Below are positions 27,469-35,916 of a stretch of DNA of 45,618 nucleotides, in pieces (the first letter of the stretch is position 1; each line of letters starts with the position of its first letter). Location: assembly GCA_029260825.1 (NCBI GenBank), contig JAJDCM010000176.1:1-45618 (forward strand), given 5' to 3'. The notes under the pieces were generated by a model that had not been told where the DNA came from, ran no database searches, and was given only the letters and a program-made list of their open reading frames with translations. Position numbers and translations under genes: made by a program. Source of the DNA: Planctomycetota bacterium. Its GTDB lineage: Bacteria; Planctomycetota; JACOTG01; JAJDCM01.

Positions 27469-28833
27469 ATGGACTACCGCACCCTCAACCCGGCAACCGA
27501 AGAACTCCTTCAGACCTACCCCGGCACCAAGGACTCGGAGGCCCATTCCTGTGTTGAACAAAGCATAGAGGCCTTTCGCTCCTGCCGGAAAACGGAGTAT
27601 CGCCAGAGAGCAACGCTTCTGCAGAACCTTGCCGACCACCTGGAAAGCCAGTCCGAAACACTTGCCGAGCTCATGGCATTGGAAATGGGGAAGATTCGCG
27701 CGGAAGGAATCGCGGAGATCGCCAAATGCGCCTGGTGCTGCCGCCATTTCGCCAGGACCGGCGAAGAATACATCAAAGACGATCCTCGAGGTTCTGATGG
27801 ATCGGTCTCCTTTGCCCGCTACGAACCCCTCGGACCTCTCCTTGCCATCATGCCCTGGAACTTTCCCTTCTGGCAGTTCTTCCGATTCGCGGCACCCGCC
27901 CTCCTTGCCGGAAATTCGATCCTTCTGAAGCATGCCCCGTCGACTCCTCGATGCGCCATCGCGATCGAAAAAATCGTCCGGGATGCTGGGTTTCCGGGCC
28001 ATCTGGTTCAATCCCTGTTTCTCACGAACGAGCAGGTGGCCACGTTGATCGGCAACCCTCACCTTCGAGGTGTCACCCTCACCGGAAGCACAAACGCGGG
28101 ACGCGCGGTGGCAGAGTCCGCCGGGAGACATCTCAAAACCATGGTGCTCGAGCTTGGAGGTAGCGATCCCTTCATCGTTCTGGAAGACGCGGACCTGTCC
28201 GAGGCAATTCAGGTCGGGGTCACATCTCGTTGTCTCAACGCGGGGCAAAGCTGCATTGCCGCCAAGCGTTTTCTGGTTCATCAAAGCAAGCTTGCCGAAT
28301 TCTCGGAAAGGTTCGCGGAGGTCATGAAAAAAAGAGTGGCCGGAGACCCCCTCGATCCGAGATCAGACATGGGCCCTCTTGCGCGGGAAGATCTGCGGGA
28401 TCAACTCGCCGACCAGGTTGCGGCGACCGTGACACGAGGTGCAACCGTTCTTTGCGGCGGGAAGAAGCCAGAAGGCACGGGATTCTACTATCCCGCCACC
28501 GTCCTTCTGAACGCGGACCCCGGATCCCCGGCTCTTTCGGAGGAGCTGTTTGGCCCGGTCGCGGTGATCGTCCCCTTCACGAATGATCGGGAAGCAATTC
28601 AACTGGCGAACGCAACCGAGTACGGCCTCGGAGCAAGCCTCTGGACCCAGGATCTCCAACGAGCAAATCATCTCCTTGAAGACCTCGAGACCGGGAACGT
28701 CTTTGTCAACGGAATGGTGAAGTCTGACCCACGACTTCCGTTTGGAGGGGCAAAAGCGTCGGGCTTTGGGCGCGAACTCTCCCGCGAGGGCATGCGAGAA
28801 TTCGTCAACATAAAAACGGTGTGGATCAAATAG
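27469..28833 (+). CDS. NAD(P)-dependent aldehyde dehydrogenase (succinate-semialdehyde dehydrogenase-like)
   Basis: 454 aa. Catalytic Glu (LELGGSDP) and Cys (NAGQSCIAAKR) motifs, the GSTNAGR NAD-binding loop, and the PFGG C-terminal motif. Confidence 0.8.
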   Translation: MDYRTLNPATEELLQTYPGTKDSEAHSCVEQSIEAFRSCRKTEYRQRATLLQNLADHLESQSETLAELMALEMGKIRAEGIAEIAKCAWCCRHFARTGEEYIKDDPRGSDGSVSFARYEPLGPLLAIMPWNFPFWQFFRFAAPALLAGNSILLKHAPSTPRCAIAIEKIVRDAGFPGHLVQSLFLTNEQVATLIGNPHLRGVTLTGSTNAGRAVAESAGRHLKTMVLELGGSDPFIVLEDADLSEAIQVGVTSRCLNAGQSCIAAKRFLVHQSKLAEFSERFAEVMKKRVAGDPLDPRSDMGPLAREDLRDQLADQVAATVTRGATVLCGGKKPEGTGFYYPATVLLNADPGSPALSEELFGPVAVIVPFTNDREAIQLANATEYGLGASLWTQDLQRANHLLEDLETGNVFVNGMVKSDPRLPFGGAKASGFGRELSREGMREFVNIKTVWIK

Positions 28834-28914
28834 ATCTACCGATACGCCAAGGGTGCGGGTCAGAAGTGGTATTCTAGTGGTTACTCCCACTGACCCTTTG
28901 AGGACCAAACCACC

Positions 28915-30249
28915 ATGGGCGAAGAGCTGTTCTGGCACCGGATTCAATTCGGTTTCACGGTGACCTTTCACTATCTCTTTCCTCAGCTCACCATGGGTCT
29001 AGCCATGATCCTGGTCTTCCTGAAAAGCCTCCACCTCAAGACCGGCCGGGCGATCTACGGTGAATCAGCTCAGTTCTGGGCCCGCATCTTCGGCATCAAC
29101 TTCGCCTTGGGAGTCGTAACCGGGATTCCCCTCGAGTTTCAATTCGGAACAAACTGGGCAAACTTCTCTTCCATCACCGGCGACCTCATCGGTCAATCTC
29201 TCGCAATGGAGGGGGTCTTCGCGTTCTTCCTGGAGTCGGCGTTTCTCGGACTCTTCATCTACGGCGAGAAGCGGATTGGCCCCAAAGCTCACCTTTGCAC
29301 CGCCATTGCGCTGTTTCTCGGGTCGTGGCTCTCCGGATATTTCATCATTGTCACCAATGCCTTCATGCAGCACCCGGTGGGCCACACCATCGACGCGGAT
29401 GGCATCTTTCGACTCGCGAGTTTCAGTGAATTCATGCTGAATCCGTGGGCCTTTTGGCAATACGCTCACACCATGACCGCATCGGTTGTCACCGCATCAT
29501 TTGTCGTTGCAGCCGTCGGCGCCTTCTGGACCTTGATGGGGAATCACCGGGATCACGCTCGCCTCTCGTTGCGAATCGGCGTGGTCTTCGGTCTGATCGG
29601 GAGCATGCTTCTGGCGTTCCCCACCGGTGATGGGCAAGGAAAAATGCTGGCCAAGCACCAACCCGCAACTCTCGCCGCCATGGAAGGCCTCTTCGAGGGC
29701 GGTCCCTATGCCGAACTGGCTCTGATCGGACAACCGGATGTCGAAAACCGACGGCTCGAAAACCCCATCGTTGTTCCCTCCGTGCTGAGCTTCCTCGCCT
29801 ATGGCACCTTCGGGAGCACGGTGAAAGGCCTCAATGATTTTCCAGAAGAAGATTGGCCTGACAACATCGAGCTTCTCTATTACTCCTATCACATCATGGC
29901 GGGGCTCGGGACGCTCTTCATTCTCATCATGCTCATTGCCGGCTTTCTTCTCTTCAAACACAGACTCGAAAAATCTCGCATCATGCTCTGGATCCTGATG
30001 CTCGCCTTCCCTTTTCCCTATATAGCAACCACCGCCGGATGGTGGTCCGCCGAGCTCGGCCGTCAACCGTGGCTCGTCTACGGGCTCTTGCGCACCCAGG
30101 AAGGCGCGTCTCAAAACGTCCACACCGGAAACATCGTGTTTACCACTCTCGGGTTCGTTGGCATGTACGCTCTTCTATCGATTCTCTTCTTGTATATGAT
30201 TCACCGCGAAATCACCCGGGGGCCCAAGGCGTCGCCGGGACACGGCTAG
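28915..30249 (+). CDS. cydA: Cytochrome bd ubiquinol oxidase subunit I
   Basis: The N-terminus RIQFGFTVTFHYLFPQLTMGLA and the periplasmic Q-loop region match CydA. 444 aa with multiple TM segments. Confidence 0.85.
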   Translation: MGEELFWHRIQFGFTVTFHYLFPQLTMGLAMILVFLKSLHLKTGRAIYGESAQFWARIFGINFALGVVTGIPLEFQFGTNWANFSSITGDLIGQSLAMEGVFAFFLESAFLGLFIYGEKRIGPKAHLCTAIALFLGSWLSGYFIIVTNAFMQHPVGHTIDADGIFRLASFSEFMLNPWAFWQYAHTMTASVVTASFVVAAVGAFWTLMGNHRDHARLSLRIGVVFGLIGSMLLAFPTGDGQGKMLAKHQPATLAAMEGLFEGGPYAELALIGQPDVENRRLENPIVVPSVLSFLAYGTFGSTVKGLNDFPEEDWPDNIELLYYSYHIMAGLGTLFILIMLIAGFLLFKHRLEKSRIMLWILMLAFPFPYIATTAGWWSAELGRQPWLVYGLLRTQEGASQNVHTGNIVFTTLGFVGMYALLSILFLYMIHREITRGPKASPGHG

Positions 30250-30303
30250 TCCACATGATTCATCCGGGTTAGTCTCTACTTTTTCAAAGGATGGAGACCG
30301 TTC

Positions 30304-31332
30304 ATGGAGCTCGTCTGGTTTGGGATCCTGGCCACCATGCTGACCGTCTATGTCGTCCTCGACGGTTTCGATTTTGGCGCGGGGATCGTCCATCGAATCG
30401 TGGCCAAGACAGACCAGGAGAGACGAACTGTTCTCGCCGCCATCGGCCCGGTCTGGGATGGAAACGAAGTCTGGCTGATCGCCTCCGGAGGGGTACTCCT
30501 GTGCGCCTTTCCTCGAGCCTTTTCAGTTGCCTTCAGCGGATTCTATCTTCCGTTGATGCTGGTACTCTGGTTGCTCATTCTCCGGGGGATCTCGATCGAG
30601 TTTCGATCTCACCACGAAAACCTCCTCTGGCGTCAGTTCTGGGACACCGTCTTTTGTTTCGCCTCAGCCTTGATGGCTCTCGTCCTCGGAACCGCTCTTG
30701 GAAACGTCATTCGCGGTGTTCCTCTGGGCGCCGAAGGAACCTTTTCCATTCCCTTGTTCACCAACTTCACCCCTGGCCCAAACCCGGGAGTCTTTGACTG
30801 GTACACTCTTCTCGCCGGCCTCTTCACACTTGTTGTTCTCGCCGCCCACGGAGCTCTGTTCCTTGCCTGGAAGACCTCTGGCCCGGTACAAAGCCGGTGT
30901 CGAGCCCTTGCCTCCCGAAGCTGGATCCTGGTGGTTGGGCTCTGGATCGTCTCGACCGGGATCACCGGCTGGCTTCAACCGTCCATCTTTGAGTCGCTTC
31001 TTGGCCGCCCCATTGCCGTTCTTCCCTCGCTTCTCATTCTGGCCGGACTGGTCGGTGTTTTCTTCTTCCAGAAAAGGAACCACGATCTTGGGGCATTTCT
31101 TTCGTCTTGTGCCTTCCTTGTAGGCGTCCTCACCGGCACCGCCGTTTCACAGTATCCAGACCTACTGAGATCTTCCATCGACCCAACGATGAATCTGACC
31201 GCAGATGCGGCGGCCGCCGGGAGCTACAGCCTGAAGGTGGGTCTTGTCTGGTGGAGCTTTGGCATTGCCCTGGCAACCGCCTACTTCGTGAACCTCTTCC
31301 GATCCCTCCGGGGAAAGGTCGAGGTTCATTAG
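30304..31332 (+). CDS. cydB: Cytochrome bd ubiquinol oxidase subunit II
   Basis: WFGILATMLTVYVVLDGFDFGAGI is the CydB N-terminal motif. 342 aa, polytopic. GGAG sits 8 nt upstream of the ATG. Confidence 0.85.
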   Translation: MELVWFGILATMLTVYVVLDGFDFGAGIVHRIVAKTDQERRTVLAAIGPVWDGNEVWLIASGGVLLCAFPRAFSVAFSGFYLPLMLVLWLLILRGISIEFRSHHENLLWRQFWDTVFCFASALMALVLGTALGNVIRGVPLGAEGTFSIPLFTNFTPGPNPGVFDWYTLLAGLFTLVVLAAHGALFLAWKTSGPVQSRCRALASRSWILVVGLWIVSTGITGWLQPSIFESLLGRPIAVLPSLLILAGLVGVFFFQKRNHDLGAFLSSCAFLVGVLTGTAVSQYPDLLRSSIDPTMNLTADAAAAGSYSLKVGLVWWSFGIALATAYFVNLFRSLRGKVEVH

Positions 31333-31336
31333 AAAA

Positions 31337-31358
31337 GGGGACGGATTTCTCCGTCCCC
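31337..31358. terminator. Bidirectional terminator hairpin (9-bp perfect stem, TTTC loop)
   Basis: ggggacgga-tttc-tccgtcccc lies 5 nt after the cydB stop. On the minus strand it is followed by TTTTCT and sits 38 nt downstream of the flotillin stop. Confidence 0.5.
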
Positions 31359-31395
31359 TCAAAGCAAGTCTCAATCAGAAAGAGCCCCTGATTGA

Positions 31396-33024
31396 TCAGT
31401 CTCCTGGTTTTCCTTTGTCTCCCTTCGGGGGAGGTATGATCTTCTGGTCCTTTTGCGCGGAGACATTTGATTCCGGCGCTACGCCTGATCCGTTTTCTTC
31501 AGGGTTCACAAGCTTGCCGAAGAACTCGGGCATCTCGACCCCGCCGATATCTCGCATCACATTCAGCATCGGAGGGATGGAGTGGGCCAATCCCTTCAAG
31601 AAGTTGCTTGTGCCGCTTTCTCCCGCCTTTCCGTTGCCACCACCGCCGTCCCAAACCACAACCTTGTCGAACTTGATGTTGGAAATAGCCTTGGCAGCAT
31701 TTGCCGAAAGATGCTCCATCTCTTCGATCATGAGGAGCTTGAATGCGGCCTCCGATCCTCCACATCCATCAACGATTTCTTTCAGCCCCTCGCCCTTCCG
31801 CCTGAGGATCTCGTACTGACCCTTTGCTTGCGCTTCAAGCTTGGCAAAGATCGCCGCCGCTTCACCTTCAGCCAGGATTTTGTTCTCCTCGGCTTGAGCG
31901 TGAGCGTCAACGATCTGCTTGGCCTTTGCCGCTTTGGCCACAGCTTCAAGCTCGGCCCTTTTTTCGGCTTCGATCTTCGTGGCCAACGCTTCCGCCGCCC
32001 GGGCTTGCGCGTTGTATTGGGCTTCCTGGACCGCAGCTTCCGCCTCTCGGAGACTCGTTTCACCCTTTTGGTAGGCCTGCGCTTCTTCGACCTTCAAGGT
32101 CGCGTTTGCTTGAGCGACTTCGGCCTTGGAGAGATTCTCACCCGCGACTGCCTTTGCGTTGGCATCGGCGACCTTGATTCTCATGTTCCGCTCTGCTTCA
32201 CGAACCTGCGATTCCTGCTGGAACTTGGCCGTGCTCTCACCGATCGACTTTTGCTTGTCATACTCGGCAACCTGGATGGCTTGATCTCGCTCCGCTTCTT
32301 TCGTTCCGATTTCCCGAAACTTCGTGGCATTGGCGACCTCGATTGCCTGTTCCCTTTCCGCCTCGGACACACCGATGGCGCCGATCTTTTCCTGCTGCGC
32401 AACGTCGACGGTCGCCTGTTGGATGGCTTCGGACGCAGCCTTTTTTCCGATGGCTTCGATGTAACCAGACTCATCCGTAATATCGGTGATGTTCACGTTG
32501 ATGAGAACCAGGCCAATCTTTTCCAGTTCCATCTCAAGGGAGCTTTGAATGCTCTCAAGGAACTTGTCTCGATCCCGGTTGATATCCTCGATTTTCATGG
32601 AGGCAATCACCTGTCGAAGCTGGCCGAAGATGATGTCTTCCGCTTGCTTCACGATCTCTCCGCCCGGGAGCCCCAGAAGACGAATGGCCGCATTATGCAT
32701 GGCTTCCGATTCGGTCCCGATCGCCACCGTAAAGACACTCGGGACATTGACCCGGATGTTCTCGACCGAAAGAGCACCCCGGAGAGGAATTTCGATCTGC
32801 ATGGGGTCAAGGGAAAGATAGTCGAAATGCTGAATGAGAGGCCAGACGAACGCCCCGCCACCGTGGAGACATCGAGCTGATTCTCCCTGCTTCACTTTTC
32901 CATAAATCACCAGGATCCGGTTACTGGGACATCGCTTGTAGCGCTTCACGAGCAAGAGAATGAAGCTGAACACGGTGAGAACCACCGCGATTGCAAGCCC
33001 CACAAGATAGGGATTGTCACCCAT
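31396..33024 (-). CDS. Flotillin / SPFH (band 7) family protein
   Basis: N-terminal TM helix, an SPFH domain, then a long Ala/Glu/Lys-rich coiled coil (AEREQAIEVANATKF...), typical of bacterial flotillin (YqiK/FloA-like). ATG at 33024 with GGAGG 9 nt upstream; the track start is a GTG 6 nt further upstream. Confidence 0.8.
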   Translation of the reverse strand: MGDNPYLVGLAIAVVLTVFSFILLLVKRYKRCPSNRILVIYGKVKQGESARCLHGGGAFVWPLIQHFDYLSLDPMQIEIPLRGALSVENIRVNVPSVFTVAIGTESEAMHNAAIRLLGLPGGEIVKQAEDIIFGQLRQVIASMKIEDINRDRDKFLESIQSSLEMELEKIGLVLINVNITDITDESGYIEAIGKKAASEAIQQATVDVAQQEKIGAIGVSEAEREQAIEVANATKFREIGTKEAERDQAIQVAEYDKQKSIGESTAKFQQESQVREAERNMRIKVADANAKAVAGENLSKAEVAQANATLKVEEAQAYQKGETSLREAEAAVQEAQYNAQARAAEALATKIEAEKRAELEAVAKAAKAKQIVDAHAQAEENKILAEGEAAAIFAKLEAQAKGQYEILRRKGEGLKEIVDGCGGSEAAFKLLMIEEMEHLSANAAKAISNIKFDKVVVWDGGGGNGKAGESGTSNFLKGLAHSIPPMLNVMRDIGGVEMPEFFGKLVNPEENGSGVAPESNVSAQKDQKIIPPPKGDKGKPGD

Positions 33025-33601
33025 TGTCACGTTCCTCCATTACCGGCCGAACCTCAAGCGTATCGCTCGCGGGACAGGCCGTCACCCTCACCTCGACTCC
33101 CTTAGGGATTTCATCTCCCCCCGTCACAGCCTTACATTCGATCCTTCGGCCCTGAAGAGAAATCGTAATCTTCCCCTGGCCTGAGTTCTTTTCCGGCACC
33201 CGCAAGTAGACCCTTCCCATCTTCCCGACCGCATTCTCAAGCTGCACGTTCCCCGAAGATTGAAGATGAGATAACATTCCCATGAGATAGGAGACCAAGA
33301 ACATGGCCCCGACTCCCGAGGCAAGAGCGATACCGACTGTTACTCCGCTCGCCATCTCAGCATAAAGGCAGGCAAGACCCGAGAGTCCGAAGAACGTGGA
33401 GAAGGCAACGACCGTCTTCAGACTCAGGAGTTTGAAGAAAAAATTGCCTTCTAGATCCGGGGCCTCAGCATCATCAAGATCTGTAGCATGGGACGCTCCG
33501 TCCGCATCCGAATCACCACCCAATCCGATGACCTGAAGAACGATCTGAATGACGAGGATGCCCCCGCCAACCAGAGCACACCACTGATAAATCATTGCCA
33601 T
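33017..33601 (-). CDS. NfeD-like membrane protein (flotillin-associated)
   Basis: 194 aa with N-terminal TM helices and a C-terminal OB-fold-like segment (GKITISLQGRRIECKAV...). Overlaps the flotillin start by 8 nt. GGAGG SD 7 nt upstream of the ATG at 33601. Confidence 0.7.
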   Translation of the reverse strand: MAMIYQWCALVGGGILVIQIVLQVIGLGGDSDADGASHATDLDDAEAPDLEGNFFFKLLSLKTVVAFSTFFGLSGLACLYAEMASGVTVGIALASGVGAMFLVSYLMGMLSHLQSSGNVQLENAVGKMGRVYLRVPEKNSGQGKITISLQGRRIECKAVTGGDEIPKGVEVRVTACPASDTLEVRPVMEERDNG

Positions 33602-33764
33602 CGTCTATCCTCCAGCATAGATCCTGTTATTCAAGGGCACTGACAATACCAGGTGGCCTGGCGAGAACCCAAGGGAAAGTAGGTCCATATCCTTGCCTCA
33701 GGTCGTCCCCATAGCCTTAACGCGAAAATGAGCTTCTGGTTCGTCAGAAAAAGATCACAAACTA

Positions 33765-33793
33765 TTGCCAAGGCCATGAACTACCTTTATAAT
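33765..33793 (+). promoter_or_regulatory. Sigma-70-like promoter (TTGCCA-17 nt-TATAAT) for the blaI-blaR1-like operon
   Basis: TTGCCA at 33765-33770 and a perfect TATAAT at 33788-33793 with 17-nt spacing, about 44 nt upstream of the ATG at 33837. The 236-nt divergent intergenic region is AT-richer than the surroundings. Confidence 0.35.
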
Positions 33794-33836
33794 TCATAAA
33801 CAACCATGGACATAACCCCTGGCTCAGGCTCACGTC

Positions 33837-34256
33837 ATGACTCAACGAAAAACCCGCAAGAAAACCCGCCTGCGCAAGAACCTCTCCGATCTCGAGCTAT
33901 CCATCATGAACGTTGTTTGGGATCTGCAGGAATGTTCTTCGAATGAGGTCATTGACCGCTTTCAAAAGCAGCGCCGGCTGGCGCCTACAACGATCCGCAC
34001 CGTTCTCACGAACATCGAGAAGAAGGGCTACCTCGAACGGGTTCCAAGCGTCGAGCGTGGATATCGCTATCGCCCCACGGTAAGCCGGCAAGACGTCGCG
34101 AACACCTCTCTCAAAAGCCTTGTCTCCAACTTGTTCAAAAACTCACCGCGCCTCGCTCTCCTCCATCTTCTAAAAGACGAAAGGCTTGACGATCAAGATC
34201 TTGAGGAAGTCCGAAAGTTGATCCTGGCATCTTCGCCCAAGAAAGGAAAGAAGTGA
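33837..34256 (+). CDS. BlaI/MecI/CopY-family transcriptional repressor
   Basis: 139 aa. Winged-helix motif LSDLELSIMNVVWDLQECSSNEVIDRF...TTIRTVLTNIEKKGYLER. GTGA overlap with the downstream M56 gene. Confidence 0.8.
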   Translation: MTQRKTRKKTRLRKNLSDLELSIMNVVWDLQECSSNEVIDRFQKQRRLAPTTIRTVLTNIEKKGYLERVPSVERGYRYRPTVSRQDVANTSLKSLVSNLFKNSPRLALLHLLKDERLDDQDLEEVRKLILASSPKKGKK

Positions 34257-35689
34257 GCTGGGAACTCCTACTAACCCGACTCATGGGAGCAAGCCTTGAG
34301 CTTCTGGCTCTTGCCATCCTCATGCTGCTCGCCATTCGTTTCTTGCCACTTCGATCGGCTCGGGTTCGGTCACTCCTGTGGATCCTTGTACTGCTGAAAC
34401 CTGTCTTGAGCTTGACCACGGGAACTCTCGTTCCGATAACACACCTGAGTTTTGCATCGTTCCCGACGAAACAGAGAATGATCGTCGCAATCGAAGAGGA
34501 AGAAAAGACCTTCCCAGGTCTTGTGCAACCTCTTCATCAACTTGATCGGCGCAAAGAAACGACAAGCCCCCAGCCATCCATCTCACTCTTTGCCATCCTC
34601 GGGTCTCTTTGGTTTTTCGGACTTGCCATCCTCCTCAAGAAGAGCATCGACCGCACCCTCCTACTTCAGCGCATCTTGACGATGAGCCATCCCGTGCCAA
34701 AGGAGGTAGGCAAATTCTACCGTTCGCTCTGTCTCGAGCTTGGCTTGAAAAAAAGGCCCCCGATTCGAACCACCGACGCTCTCAATTCTCCGGCCCTGGC
34801 TCGAGTCCTTCGCCCCGTCATCCTCGTGCCAAGCTGGATGATTCAGGAAAAGGAAGGCTTGAAAAGCCAGCTCGCCTGGGCCCTTCGACACGAGCTCCGT
34901 CATTTCCAGAATCATGACCCGCTCGCTTCCGCGCTCCGTCAGATCAGCCAAACCCTCTTCTTCTTTCACCCCCTCGTCTGGTGGACGGGAAACCGTTGGG
35001 AAGAAGAAGCAGAGCTTGCGTGTGACCGCGCCCTGGTCAGCAGCCCGGAAGAAGCAAGGAGCTATGCCAGCGAGCTCTACAACATCTTGGTTCAGGTGCG
35101 ACGCCACCGATCGACAAAACCCATGGTCGGTCTTTCCGCCACCCGGACCCAGATCGGCCACCGCATCAAGACGCTGCTCGAGACCGGCGTTTCCGGAAGG
35201 CAAGACTTCGGAGCCGCCCATATCAGCGCTGTCAGCTTTGTCGCCCTTTGCGTCCTCACCCTGGGGCTTGGCAGCTTCACCCGGGCAAGCGACTCGGGTC
35301 GCAACCTGAAAATCGAAGAGGAAGAAGTCGTCGAGTACGAAATCAATAGCCCGGGTTCAGCTGATCAGGAGGCCCAAACCCAGCTCTCGCTCGAGCTGGA
35401 AACAAGCGATCGAAGCATCCGACTGACCGCAACGGGAAGATTCTCCGTTCGCCCGGATTCAAAAGAGCTCATCGAACTCACCCCGGGCGACACCCTCCAC
35501 ATCGAGGATCGACGAGGAACGACCGTTCGCAAGATCAGCGTTCAGTGCAAAGATCCTGGCGAGCTCGATTTTCGCTACGAAAGCGGCGGGATGGTCCATC
35601 CCATGACCTCCGCGACACACGCCTGGTTGGATGAGGTTCTTGACCTGTACCGAAAAGACCTCACCCGCGAGCACACAAGCTCAATATAG
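34253..35689 (+). CDS. BlaR1-like M56-family membrane metallopeptidase / signal transducer
   Basis: N-terminal TM helices and the HExxH zinc site (RHELRHFQNHD), as in peptidase M56 BlaR1/MecR1. The C-terminal periplasmic domain is not a penicillin-binding domain (no SxxK seen). Confidence 0.7.
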   Translation: MSWELLLTRLMGASLELLALAILMLLAIRFLPLRSARVRSLLWILVLLKPVLSLTTGTLVPITHLSFASFPTKQRMIVAIEEEEKTFPGLVQPLHQLDRRKETTSPQPSISLFAILGSLWFFGLAILLKKSIDRTLLLQRILTMSHPVPKEVGKFYRSLCLELGLKKRPPIRTTDALNSPALARVLRPVILVPSWMIQEKEGLKSQLAWALRHELRHFQNHDPLASALRQISQTLFFFHPLVWWTGNRWEEEAELACDRALVSSPEEARSYASELYNILVQVRRHRSTKPMVGLSATRTQIGHRIKTLLETGVSGRQDFGAAHISAVSFVALCVLTLGLGSFTRASDSGRNLKIEEEEVVEYEINSPGSADQEAQTQLSLELETSDRSIRLTATGRFSVRPDSKELIELTPGDTLHIEDRRGTTVRKISVQCKDPGELDFRYESGGMVHPMTSATHAWLDEVLDLYRKDLTREHTSSI

Positions 35690-35916
35690 AAAGCTGGAAA
35701 TCGTCCGGCTCGATCCCCCAGCGAAGGCAAATGTCACTCCCCACGGGTCGGAGAGCGTCCAAGAGAATCGAGAAGAGGAGAAACAAGGGTATAGGACCCT
35801 CTTTTCAGGTCAAAGACCTTCTTCATCACGATCCACTGCTTAGGGTAGAATGCGGACAATTCGTCCAGCACTCAAAAGTCCATTGCAAATGACCCACACT
35901 ACTCGAGGTGGCAACC

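Noticed and set aside
31582-32880. 432-aa ORF on the + strand
   Set aside because: It is antisense to the flotillin coiled-coil region. Its translation is Leu/Arg/Phe-rich low complexity.
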